Part shown: piece after piece, positions 28,587 to 38,289 of the stretch
Position numbering within the stretch: the first letter of the stretch is position 1
How the letters are laid out: every line of letters starts with the position of its first letter
NCBI GenBank assembly: GCA_034439675.1
Contig: JAWXAW010000076.1
Coordinates: forward strand, 2,073-66,072
DNA length: 64,000 bases
Direction of reading: 5' to 3'
Origin: Saprospiraceae bacterium
Lineage (GTDB): Bacteria; Bacteroidota; Bacteroidia; Chitinophagales; Saprospiraceae
Translations under genes and position numbers: made by a program
The notes under the pieces: generated by a model
What the model was told of the DNA's origin: nothing
The model's database searches: none
Seen by the model: the letters and a program-made list of their open reading frames with translations, nothing else

Positions 28587-30176
28587 ATGAATGTTTTCCA
28601 GACAGATTATTCAAGATTAGGCCTTTGGAGCCATACGGATCTGGCTTACCTTAAACACGATCCATCTCTGGATCCGTTTATCGCCTACCCGGCTCTGAAG
28701 GAGTCCTTTAAGGACCTTATATCCAATCGTAAAAACTATAAAGTTGATCGTGAGTTATTGTTGAAAGTTCTAAAACAACAATATGAAAATTTGGAGATGG
28801 AATTCCCTTATCCGGACCATATCTTTTTAAGTGAGGACACTTTTACTATTACGACTGCCCATCAACCCACCTTACTCACAGGGCCCCTGTACCACATCTA
28901 TAAGATAGCTTGTGCGATTAATGTTTCCAACCAACTTACCCAATCGTATCCGGACCAAAAATTCCTTCCGGTATTTGTAATCGGTGGCGAAGATCATGAC
29001 TGGGCAGAGGTCAATCATTTTCATCTATTTGGACGTAAGTACCAATGGGAACGTACTGCTTCGGGATCGTGCGGCCGATTATCACTTTATGGTCTTGATA
29101 CGCTCATCCAATCCGTGGTCGATTTATTTTCGAATAGTACCCATGGAAATGAAATCAAGGAACTGTTAGAGAGTTGTCTGCATAAAGGCGCAAACTACAG
29201 CCAGTTTCATCAATTACTCATTCATAAGTTGTTTAGCAATCACGGTTTGATTGTGCTGACCATGGATGATCCCGAACTAAAGAAAGCCTTTGCTCCGCTG
29301 ATGGAAAAGGAGCTTAAAGAGCAATTTTCATTTCAACACGTTACGTCCACTCAGCATGCCCTCGAAAAAGCAGGATACAAAGCACAGGCTTATTGCAGAC
29401 AAGTCAACCTGTTCTATATGTCAGGTGACCAAAGGGAACGAATTGACCAGGTAGATGGAGGCTTCCTGCGAGTGGAAAGCGGAGTGAAATATTCTCAGGA
29501 TGAAATATTGAAGGAGCTGGATCAGTATCCTGAGCGATTCAGTCCAAATGTGATCATGCGTCCATTGTATCAGGAGTTTATCTTGCCAAACCTTGCGTAT
29601 ATAGGTGGTGGTGGAGAAATTGCCTATTGGCTTGAACGCAAATCCCAATTTGCCGCAGCAGGCATTCATTATCCGATGCTGATCAGGAGAAACTCATTGT
29701 TACTGATCGATGAATCCTCCATAGGTCAAATGAAAAAATCAGGTTTAACCTGGGAGGACATGCTCATGGACTTTGATTCCATAGTTAAAGGTTATTTGGT
29801 CCGTCACAGTCAGACCGACCTTGGATTTGAAGACGAGCTTAAGAGCATTAAATCTGCCTATGACGAATTAGCAGCTAAAGCTGATAAAATAGATCCGACG
29901 CTGGCGAAGGCCATTCTGGCCGAAGAAATCAAGCAGACAAAACAATTTGAACAGTTAGGTTCAAGACTTTTACGGGCGGAGAAACAACTTCAGGATACAC
30001 AAATCAAACGAATTCAGAAATTGAAGGAGAAATTATTTCCTGAAAATGGTTTGCAGGAAAGACAGGAGAACTTTCTGTCTTTCTATGCACAATATGGACA
30101 ATCATGGATCGACGCCATGATCACGATATGCGATCCATTTGTTGAAAAATTTACGGTTGTGGAGCTACAGGCGTAA
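28587..30176 (+). CDS. bshC: Bacillithiol biosynthesis cysteine-adding enzyme BshC
   Basis: About 530 aa. QPTLLTGPLYHIYKI and GGEDHDWAEVNHF match the BshC/YllA signature region (GLLTGPLYTIHKI ... GEDHDLDEIN). C-terminal coiled coil. The ORF track opens at 28551 and ATG 28587 was chosen as the start. Confidence 0.8.
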   Translation: MNVFQTDYSRLGLWSHTDLAYLKHDPSLDPFIAYPALKESFKDLISNRKNYKVDRELLLKVLKQQYENLEMEFPYPDHIFLSEDTFTITTAHQPTLLTGPLYHIYKIACAINVSNQLTQSYPDQKFLPVFVIGGEDHDWAEVNHFHLFGRKYQWERTASGSCGRLSLYGLDTLIQSVVDLFSNSTHGNEIKELLESCLHKGANYSQFHQLLIHKLFSNHGLIVLTMDDPELKKAFAPLMEKELKEQFSFQHVTSTQHALEKAGYKAQAYCRQVNLFYMSGDQRERIDQVDGGFLRVESGVKYSQDEILKELDQYPERFSPNVIMRPLYQEFILPNLAYIGGGGEIAYWLERKSQFAAAGIHYPMLIRRNSLLLIDESSIGQMKKSGLTWEDMLMDFDSIVKGYLVRHSQTDLGFEDELKSIKSAYDELAAKADKIDPTLAKAILAEEIKQTKQFEQLGSRLLRAEKQLQDTQIKRIQKLKEKLFPENGLQERQENFLSFYAQYGQSWIDAMITICDPFVEKFTVVELQA

Positions 30177-31053
30177 CAGATTTTCTTGGTTTTGACCTGT
30201 TTTCAATCAGCATCAGCAAGGTAGCGAGTCTCGTTCTGAGTTCACTTCTGTCCACTATAAAATCCAGAAAGCCATGTTCAAGTAAAAACTCGGAAGTCTG
30301 AAAACCTTCCGGAAGATCCTTTTTGATCGTTTCCCTGATGACCCGGGGGCCGGCAAATCCAATCAACGCGCCTGGCTCCGCAAGATTAAAGTCCCCAAGC
30401 ATCGCATAACTAGCTGTCACTCCACCTGTAGTTGGATCGGTCATGAGGGAGATATACGGAATCTTAGCGGCTGCCAACTGTGATAATTTTGCGGATGTTT
30501 TAGCCATCTGCATCAGGGAAAACGCAGATTCCATCATTCTCGCACCTCCTGACCTTGAAATGATCATCAGGGGCATGGAATGCTTAATGCTATGGTCAAT
30601 AGCGCGGCTGATCTTCTCTCCTACTACAGAACCCATACTGCCACCTATGAAACGAAAGTCCATGGCTGCGATCACCAGTGGTTGTTCATCAACGGAACCT
30701 GCTGCAACCGCCAGCGCATCGTCCAAACCGGTTTTTTTCCTGGCTTCTTCCAGTCGCTCTCCGTAAGGTTTGAGGTCAGTAAACTCGAGAAAATCATAGG
30801 AAATGATATCATCAAACAGTCTGGTGTACCCTTGATCCAATACGAGCTGGAAATACTCCTTTGAGCCAATACGCTCATGGTGCTGGCACTTCGGGCACTT
30901 ATAAAAATTCTCCTTGAGATCTTTTGCGGTACTGGTCTCATTACACTGCTCACACTTATACCAGAGGCCATCAGGGGTTTCCTTCTTGGACTTGGTAGCC
31001 GTCTGAATACCGTGACGTAATCGTTGATACCAGCTTTTAGATTCTTCCTGCAT
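30151..31053 (-). CDS. accD: Acetyl-CoA carboxylase carboxyltransferase beta subunit
   Basis: 300 aa with an N-terminal Zn ribbon (CEQC...CPKC) and a carboxyltransferase core (FIGGSMGSVVGEKI). Confidence 0.93.
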   Translation of the reverse strand: MQEESKSWYQRLRHGIQTATKSKKETPDGLWYKCEQCNETSTAKDLKENFYKCPKCQHHERIGSKEYFQLVLDQGYTRLFDDIISYDFLEFTDLKPYGERLEEARKKTGLDDALAVAAGSVDEQPLVIAAMDFRFIGGSMGSVVGEKISRAIDHSIKHSMPLMIISRSGGARMMESAFSLMQMAKTSAKLSQLAAAKIPYISLMTDPTTGGVTASYAMLGDFNLAEPGALIGFAGPRVIRETIKKDLPEGFQTSEFLLEHGFLDFIVDRSELRTRLATLLMLIENRSKPRKSVTPVAPQP

Positions 31054-31082
31054 ATTCCCTGTGAGTGAGGCTGCAAAATTGG

Positions 31083-31119
31083 GTAAAAAATAGCAAACCC
31101 GGAATAGATTATTCCGGGT
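31083..31119 (-). terminator. Rho-independent-type terminator ending the T9SS cargo cassette
   Basis: A perfect 10-bp stem acccggaata / tattccgggt (31097-31119) has a 3-nt loop. On the minus strand it is followed by ttgctatttttt. Confidence 0.6.
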
Positions 31120-31146
31120 CAGCTTAATTCATGAGATTGGATGTTT

Positions 31147-34100
31147 CTAATGAAGGAGTGTAATATTCCCTTTTTTAGTATATGTTTCTTCGTTTGGACA
31201 GGTCACAGAGAGATAATAGCCAAAAACATCCGGAGCCAACAGTTGGCTCTTATAGGTTCCATCCCATCCGATAGTTTGATCTGTAGTAGAAAAAACTTTC
31301 TCGCCCCATCGGTTATAAATCACCAATTCCATCGTGGCTATAAAATTACTCCGCACAAAAAGCATATCATTCACTCCGCTACTATTTGGAGTAAATGCGT
31401 TTGGAATAAAGATATCACGATCATCACAGAACAGATCATTTACAGCAACAGCGATACATGCCGTCCCAGTACAACCATGATCATCCGTCACTGTCACACA
31501 GTAGGTAGTGGACTCCGTTGGTGTAACCAGCGGATTATAAATCGGAGGTATGTCTTCACCAGGCGGAATAGCCTCCCAAACATAATCAAAATCAGGGTTC
31601 TGATTAACAGTGAGCTGAGTTGGTTTGGTGAGATCTACCGTATCCGGATCCGCATCAATCACAATAGCAGGATTGAAATCGAATACCTCAACAGTAAAGC
31701 TGAGTATCGTATCGCAGCCAAATTCTGTATTGGTCACGGTAACACTATACGTCGTAGTTACTTCTGGTTGAACGGTGATCGAAGGATCAGTACTTCCTGT
31801 TGGATCCCATAGGTACGTAAGTGTCTGTCCGTTATTGCTTGTAACCGTAATGGTAGCCTGATCGCCAAGACATACACCACTATCTCCTGAGATATCCGCA
31901 TTAAAAGATATCGGGTTGATACAAATCGTATCTGCGTCCTGACAGCCAAGCGTATCTGTACCAACTAAATAATAACATGAAGAGACAGGGGGCGAAACAA
32001 CTAGTGTTTCTCCGGTGCCCTGCGATACACCAGCTGCATTGAACCATTCAAAAGTGACTCCATTTGTTGATGTTGTAGAAGCTGTCAAGGTGGTGTTTTC
32101 ACCGAGACAAAAATCCTCACCTGCTGAAGCGATATTTACTTCAAAGTAGGTTGGCGACAAACATACGGTATCCGCAGCCTGACAGCCAAGCGGGTCCGTA
32201 CCGATGACATGGAAGCAACTATATACTCCGGGAGTCACATCAATGGTATTGCCTGTGCCGATCAAATCATTATTTGCATTATACCATTCAAACGTCACAT
32301 CTACTGTAGAGGTGGCGACGAGCGTGATGGTCTGGATATAACAATACACCGTATCATCAGGTGTAATCGTGACTTCAAAAGTAGGATCCGGCTTTAATAC
32401 CGTAACTGAATCAGCTTTGATACATCCCAATGTATCCATGGCCATGGCTATATACGTGGTCGTATTAGTTGGATTGACCAAAAGGATCGGGCCTGTGCCA
32501 AGTATGTTACCATCAACATCCTTCCAGGTGATGACGACATTTGTATTCCCGGTTATCGTAGCGGTAAGGCTTACCTCATCAAAATCACAACTAGTGACCG
32601 TCTCGTCTCCTGTAGTGATGTCAAAATCATCAGGGATGAGCAGGAGAATGCTGTCGACAATCTGGCAGCCCGGTAATGATGCTTGTGTAATAGTGACATA
32701 GAACCATGTATCATCTGTTACTGTGGCGATAGGGTTTGAAGACATACTATCATCCAGAAATTCACCAGGAGACCATAAGTATGTATAGTTTGGATTAAAG
32801 CCAGGGTTTAGGTGAATTGAATTTTCAAAACAATTCACTATCTGTTCTGGAATCTGATCGAGTAATGCATTTACGGTAATTATGTCCGTGATTGAAACAT
32901 CACAGCCATCCCTTGAGGACAACGTCACAATATACACGCCTGGTTGGCCATACGTAAAGGTTGGGTTTTCAAGATTTGACGTATCATCAGTAATGGAGGT
33001 ATCGCCAAAATCCCAGTGATAGTTTTCACCATTTGTGGAACCATTGATAAACTGCACTTCAAGACTCTTACAATCCGTCTGGTAGTCAAATGCCAGATTA
33101 GGCAGTTGCTGGACTTCGACAAAGATTGAATCCGTTATCGTACAAACGCCATCAGTCACCGTCACATAGTATTCAACGGAGATGCCTGGAAAGGCAATCG
33201 GATCCCAGGGATTATTCAGATTTAAACCATTCGGTGGTGCCCAAGTATAAGTAAGCGTTGAATCACCATTTAATAACAGATGAACTTCCTCACCATTGCA
33301 AATACTATCTGCTTCCGGATTAAAGATCAGGTCGAGTTCCTGTACCTGGAAGGACTTTGCTTCAGAGGCCGTACATCCGTTTGTATCCGTAACAATTAAT
33401 ACCAGGAATACTGTTGAAGGCCCATCAATATCAAATGTAAATGTCGGATTTTGCTCCGTACTGGCAATGACTCCTTCAGGGTAAGTCAGTAACCACTCCC
33501 AGCCCACTATCGAATACTCAGGATCGGAGGAAAGGTCAACGACATCAAGTATAATTCCATCTGTACATGAATTTGAACTATAGCTAAATTCTGCATTCAG
33601 ATTGGAAGTAAACACCCCTATCGTTTGAATAATGGTATCATAACAAATCTTATCGCTATCGTTAACAATCAATGCTACCTCATAAAAGCCATCCTCATCA
33701 TAGGTATAGATTGGGTTGACTTCGACAGATATATCACTCAGTGGATTACCATAATCAAATATCCACAGGTACTCATCTGCATCAACTGAAATATTAGTAA
33801 AATTCATGGTCAGGTTATCACAATTCAATCCGGGCGATGTAAAATCTGCCACCGGCACATCACGGCATGCTCTCACATTATACTGGAAATCCACTCGGGT
33901 TTGCGTCAATTCTCTACCATCCCGGTAAGATGATATCACAATCGTGATTACAAACTGGCCTATTGTATTTGGTCGACCTGTAATATGGCCTGTAGCGGGA
34001 TCAATACTGAGTGGTACTCCTCCCATCACATTTGCCAGGCTGTAGGGTGGTCGCCAATTGACCAGATCATACGGAGGTGGATTAGGCGGCTGAGGCATGT

Positions 34101-34791
34101 TATTGATAATATCACCTCCGCTAAATGGAGTGGTAAGACTGAAGGCTAAAGAATCACCCTGCAAGTCAGTTGCCGGAAGAAAATAATCTATGTCCTTATT
34201 GACACAGATATAGATCGGCGGATAAGAGCCAATTTGCGGCGAATTTTTACAAACATTCTGTGCTGCGCCGGACATTTCAGACACCAGCGTCATACCTGTC
34301 AATAATGGGTTGAGAATGTTCTGAACAGAACCGTTACGGCAGCATCGCTGATACACCATTTTATAACCATTGGCCCAGAAGGGAAGGAATATGGTATCGA
34401 CATAGGTGGTCTGATGCACACACACGGGATTACCGGCAATACTACAATCACTGACAAGTATCTGGTTAAGGGTGTCATCTTCATTCAAATCCATTAAGAA
34501 CTCACCTCCAAAGCCCACAAAGGCAAGGGGCAAATTGGTCGTGGCATCAAAGAAGCCAATGGAAGCCGGGTCATCAAACTGGGCGTCATCTGCACCGAGT
34601 AGACAATCCCTTCGAAGGGAGAGCCTGATCTCATATTGATTATTGCCCAGACACCGGTATGTAAGATTCCCACCTACGATGTGTGTCGCTTTCGCGTCCT
34701 GTTGGGATAACATCAGCAGACTGCACATGATAAAAATCATGCGTAAGGCCATTTTGCCGGTGTTCAGGATATTAAGGATAGGTATGTTCAT
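31147..34791 (-). CDS. Giant adhesin-like protein with a T9SS type-B (gliding-motility-associated, CHU_C) C-terminal domain
   Basis: 1214 aa with a signal peptide. PKD/Ig-like repeated ~75-aa modules are present. The C-terminus IFIPNAFTPNSSGVNDMLFV...IYNRWGEKVF...WDGTYKS...GYYL is the type-B CTD signature. Confidence 0.9.
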   Translation of the reverse strand: MNIPILNILNTGKMALRMIFIMCSLLMLSQQDAKATHIVGGNLTYRCLGNNQYEIRLSLRRDCLLGADDAQFDDPASIGFFDATTNLPLAFVGFGGEFLMDLNEDDTLNQILVSDCSIAGNPVCVHQTTYVDTIFLPFWANGYKMVYQRCCRNGSVQNILNPLLTGMTLVSEMSGAAQNVCKNSPQIGSYPPIYICVNKDIDYFLPATDLQGDSLAFSLTTPFSGGDIINNMPQPPNPPPYDLVNWRPPYSLANVMGGVPLSIDPATGHITGRPNTIGQFVITIVISSYRDGRELTQTRVDFQYNVRACRDVPVADFTSPGLNCDNLTMNFTNISVDADEYLWIFDYGNPLSDISVEVNPIYTYDEDGFYEVALIVNDSDKICYDTIIQTIGVFTSNLNAEFSYSSNSCTDGIILDVVDLSSDPEYSIVGWEWLLTYPEGVIASTEQNPTFTFDIDGPSTVFLVLIVTDTNGCTASEAKSFQVQELDLIFNPEADSICNGEEVHLLLNGDSTLTYTWAPPNGLNLNNPWDPIAFPGISVEYYVTVTDGVCTITDSIFVEVQQLPNLAFDYQTDCKSLEVQFINGSTNGENYHWDFGDTSITDDTSNLENPTFTYGQPGVYIVTLSSRDGCDVSITDIITVNALLDQIPEQIVNCFENSIHLNPGFNPNYTYLWSPGEFLDDSMSSNPIATVTDDTWFYVTITQASLPGCQIVDSILLLIPDDFDITTGDETVTSCDFDEVSLTATITGNTNVVITWKDVDGNILGTGPILLVNPTNTTTYIAMAMDTLGCIKADSVTVLKPDPTFEVTITPDDTVYCYIQTITLVATSTVDVTFEWYNANNDLIGTGNTIDVTPGVYSCFHVIGTDPLGCQAADTVCLSPTYFEVNIASAGEDFCLGENTTLTASTTSTNGVTFEWFNAAGVSQGTGETLVVSPPVSSCYYLVGTDTLGCQDADTICINPISFNADISGDSGVCLGDQATITVTSNNGQTLTYLWDPTGSTDPSITVQPEVTTTYSVTVTNTEFGCDTILSFTVEVFDFNPAIVIDADPDTVDLTKPTQLTVNQNPDFDYVWEAIPPGEDIPPIYNPLVTPTESTTYCVTVTDDHGCTGTACIAVAVNDLFCDDRDIFIPNAFTPNSSGVNDMLFVRSNFIATMELVIYNRWGEKVFSTTDQTIGWDGTYKSQLLAPDVFGYYLSVTCPNEETYTKKGNITLLH

Positions 34792-34796
34792 GTCTG

Positions 34797-36950
34797 TTAA
34801 TACTTTACTTCAACAATTTCAACTCGGCGCTCTTCCGAAGCTTCCGGACTATAGATAGACTGTCTAACTTTCTTAGGGTCATCACTTACGGTCTTAGGAG
34901 CTGTCTCCTCTCCGAAAGACTTTTCAGCTACGACAAGATCTCCTGTTTCCATATACTTCCATAGTACCCCACCTCTGAAGATCTTAAATTCATTTTGTAT
35001 GCTCGAAATCCTTCGCTTCCCTAATCTGAGATTATAATCAGCTGAAGCCAACGGGCTTGTGTAGCCTTTCAGATAGATGGCCATTTGTTTTCCATCACGG
35101 AGGTATTGTTCAAGGATATGCATTAAGGTTTCTAACTCACGCCTTCCTTTAGGGATCGAATCATTAAAGAAACCATCAATTGTTTTTGTAGCCATGTCCT
35201 TATTCTCAGGAGGGTTTCCGGCTGCAAATTCTTCAACAAACTTACTTCTTCGGGCAGTATAGGCATCATAGGTCTGGAAGTAGTTAACCTCCGTACGATC
35301 TGCTGTATTTGGGCCGGGCTCATCATTATCAAAATATATTTTCGAGTAGAGGAACACATCGATCTTATCCACTTCAAGGAATAAGTCAATGATGAGTGTA
35401 TCGGCATCGGGATTATCGGATGTATTAAATGTCTTTGCATCTGGTTTGTAACCTTTCTTGGTACCCGAAACGTTTACGTTCTTGTCCCTGTCCAACACGT
35501 AATAATATTGATTTGAAAGATAATCCTCCCGTATGTCGGCCGCCCCATCGGGTTGTACAGCCAGCACAACTCTTACGCCCATGAGCGGTTGAGGATTGAG
35601 CCCTTTATAAGTTTCAAATGTCCTGACCAGGATAACCCGATCCTTCAATGGTGGCTTTTCGTACCGATAGATATCAAAACAACATGCTTCATCCTCCGGA
35701 GAGAGGTACAAGGATCCAAGGCGGTTGGATGAAAAATAACCTTCCATGCCATCAGCAGACACACTGTAGAAGGCATCGTCCAGACTACTGTTGACAGGTG
35801 AACCGAGATTGACCAGGGTATCCCATAAACCTTGTTCATTTTTAACACTATAGATATCCAGACCACCAAAACCCAGGTATCCATTTGAACTCACATAGAG
35901 CGATTTACTCTTTCTGTGGTAAAAAGGAGATACCTCATTGTCAGGCGAATTGACACTCATGAGGTTTTCAGGGGCTGAGAAATTATCAGGACCAGCCATG
36001 TAGCAATACCAGATATCTAATTTTCCTTTTCCACCCGGTCGATCGGAAGCAAAATAAAGCACTTCTCTTTTCGATTGCGGATCATAACCGACATGAGGCT
36101 GCGTAGTCGTATAGCCGCTCATATTGATCGGTTCCGGTAATTTCTGTGCCAGCCCATACTCCCCATCAACAATATCCCGGTAGTAAATATCACACCGGAT
36201 ATCTATACCGTTGATGTAATCACAAATGGTATAGAATACGCGATCCCTAGCTTCATTAAAAGCCGTATGGGCGGTGTGAAAATTGACATCGTTGAGAATT
36301 GAATCGACTACTCCTGTTGAATCATTTTTACTGATCAGGATTTTAGCATACGGTTTTTCAGGTAAAGCAACATCCGCTTTTCCCAAAAAACGCAAAGAAC
36401 TATAGTATAATAAACTGTCTTCATTGGCAGCTCCGAATTCAGAAAATGTGGTGTTGACTTCAGGACCAAGGTGTTCGAGTTTAATTAAGGTGTCTTTATT
36501 AGCTAGTTCCCTGATAGCCCAGTTACATATAGCTATATGCTTTTGAGCAGCTTCTGTGAGCAGTGAATCTTCTCCACTGTGTTCGGAAACATAAATCTGA
36601 TAGAGATCAAGGGCTTCCTGATATTTTCCGAGTCTTTCTTTGACATACCCCAACCAATAGTTTGTTTCAGGATAATTACCTGCCTGCGCACTACTGTCGA
36701 CCTCGGCATAATATTTTTCAGCCATCGTAAAAGCAGCGTAATGGCGTGCCGCTTCAGCCAGGTTATAGGTGTGTACCGTATTATTAGGCTCAATTTCATG
36801 GGCGATGCGCAGGAAATTATAGGCCGTGTAATAATCCTTCTTATCGAAAGCTTCCTGTGCGCCTTTCGCATAAGCATTCAGGGTTTGGCCCTTTGCTACG
36901 CTGAAGAGTGCGATCGTGAAGAAAATGATGAGTATATATAAACGCTTCAT
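34797..36950 (-). CDS. OmpA-family protein with PorE-like architecture (TPR, PD40/TolB-type beta-propeller, CRD-like domain, OmpA_C-like domain)
   Basis: 717 aa with a signal peptide. N-terminal TPRs. PD40-like repeats (YFASDRPGGKGKLDIWY, EVSPFYHRKSKSLYVSSN, YFSSNRLGS). The C-terminus GYTSPLASADYNLRLGKRRISSI...EERRVEIV is OmpA-like. Confidence 0.8.
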   Translation of the reverse strand: MKRLYILIIFFTIALFSVAKGQTLNAYAKGAQEAFDKKDYYTAYNFLRIAHEIEPNNTVHTYNLAEAARHYAAFTMAEKYYAEVDSSAQAGNYPETNYWLGYVKERLGKYQEALDLYQIYVSEHSGEDSLLTEAAQKHIAICNWAIRELANKDTLIKLEHLGPEVNTTFSEFGAANEDSLLYYSSLRFLGKADVALPEKPYAKILISKNDSTGVVDSILNDVNFHTAHTAFNEARDRVFYTICDYINGIDIRCDIYYRDIVDGEYGLAQKLPEPINMSGYTTTQPHVGYDPQSKREVLYFASDRPGGKGKLDIWYCYMAGPDNFSAPENLMSVNSPDNEVSPFYHRKSKSLYVSSNGYLGFGGLDIYSVKNEQGLWDTLVNLGSPVNSSLDDAFYSVSADGMEGYFSSNRLGSLYLSPEDEACCFDIYRYEKPPLKDRVILVRTFETYKGLNPQPLMGVRVVLAVQPDGAADIREDYLSNQYYYVLDRDKNVNVSGTKKGYKPDAKTFNTSDNPDADTLIIDLFLEVDKIDVFLYSKIYFDNDEPGPNTADRTEVNYFQTYDAYTARRSKFVEEFAAGNPPENKDMATKTIDGFFNDSIPKGRRELETLMHILEQYLRDGKQMAIYLKGYTSPLASADYNLRLGKRRISSIQNEFKIFRGGVLWKYMETGDLVVAEKSFGEETAPKTVSDDPKKVRQSIYSPEASEERRVEIVEVKY

Positions 36951-36978
36951 TTTTACAGTAGTTATCTTTTGAGGCTGA

Positions 36979-37998
36979 TCAGAAAATCGTGCAGACCTTG
37001 GTTTGTTTGAGGGGACATAGTTTCTTATAGGTATAGGTTAGGAAAAACTCAGGACCACCTTTTCCATTTGTAGCAACTTCAAATTGCGAGGTATTGATAT
37101 CATAGCTAAAACCGCCCTTCCATCCGTCATATCCGAGCGCAATCATTGGAATCAGCGCATCATCCAGACGCACTGCCGCACCAAGATGAAGTTCTACCTC
37201 CCTGGCTTTTTTATTACTCAAATGGATAATAGCTCCACCACCAAGAACCGTCTCTGAATATGGCCCTTGATCCTGGTAAAGTCCGTTACCATATATATCA
37301 AGTATGTCAAGCACTTTCAATATGCCTAAAGCATAGAATGATAGGCGAATAGGCAGATTAACATCTTGAAGCGGGTTATCATAAAAGGTATACTTCGGTT
37401 GATTTAAATGGAATGCACCAACACCTGCATCCAACTTGGTACGATCAACACCCTGCAGCCTGACATTTGCACCTAAACCGGCATCAAGAAATGTAAAGCT
37501 TGTTTTATCAAAGGATTCTCCTGTAGGCCTTGTTGGGTCAAATACCGTTCCGGTCCATTGATTGTCCCATTCAAGGTCTTTTTCACTAAAAGATCGTTGG
37601 CCAATTCCAATATAAGCTCCTCCCCCAATAAAAAAACTTGTGGTAATCGGAAGCGTATAGGATCCATTGATACTAAGACTGGCAAGGCTTAATTTGGAGT
37701 CGCCGGACTGGTCGTAATTAAACAAAATACCAGCTGAAAAAAAGCCGCCTTCATCATAACAATCCCGGAATTTAACATCGTAACTCCCTGAAAATGTTAG
37801 ATAATCTACAGGAACCGCAAAATATTGCTGTTTGTGGACCAGGGCTACCTGTTTGTCGCCATTAAACATCCCTGTAAGTGCAGGGCTAATCTGCAATCGA
37901 TCAAACTGGTATTGAGACAGGTGGACATCCTGGGCAGATACGCCGGATATCGTCAGAAGGCAAAATATTACCCCTTTGATGGATATGTTCATGTTCAT
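36979..37998 (-). CDS. PorP/SprF-family T9SS outer-membrane protein
   Basis: 339 aa. SAQDVHLSQYQFDRLQISPALTG matches the family N-terminal motif (QD..FSQY....L.NPA.aG). The C-terminal beta-barrel end is GGFSYDINTSQF...EFFLTY. Confidence 0.82.
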   Translation of the reverse strand: MNMNISIKGVIFCLLTISGVSAQDVHLSQYQFDRLQISPALTGMFNGDKQVALVHKQQYFAVPVDYLTFSGSYDVKFRDCYDEGGFFSAGILFNYDQSGDSKLSLASLSINGSYTLPITTSFFIGGGAYIGIGQRSFSEKDLEWDNQWTGTVFDPTRPTGESFDKTSFTFLDAGLGANVRLQGVDRTKLDAGVGAFHLNQPKYTFYDNPLQDVNLPIRLSFYALGILKVLDILDIYGNGLYQDQGPYSETVLGGGAIIHLSNKKAREVELHLGAAVRLDDALIPMIALGYDGWKGGFSYDINTSQFEVATNGKGGPEFFLTYTYKKLCPLKQTKVCTIF

Positions 37999-38289
37999 GT
38001 CAGATTCCTGGGTTTGATATAAATATAAACAAATATATCTAAATCACTAATTAACAATATATTAGACCGATATTGTCGGAATAATATCCACAACATTAAC
38101 ATACAGCAAAAACTGTACTCAATATTTCATTTGTTCTGATAAGGGGTGACGGGCGCAGTTGGCAAGAATTGGATCCTTTGCAAACTTTAAGAGGGATGAT
38201 CCGTACGAAAGATAAGCTATTTTTTAACAATCCATGTTTTTAGTTAAAATTTATTCTGCCCGCCTAATGACATTATCACTTACCCAGTT

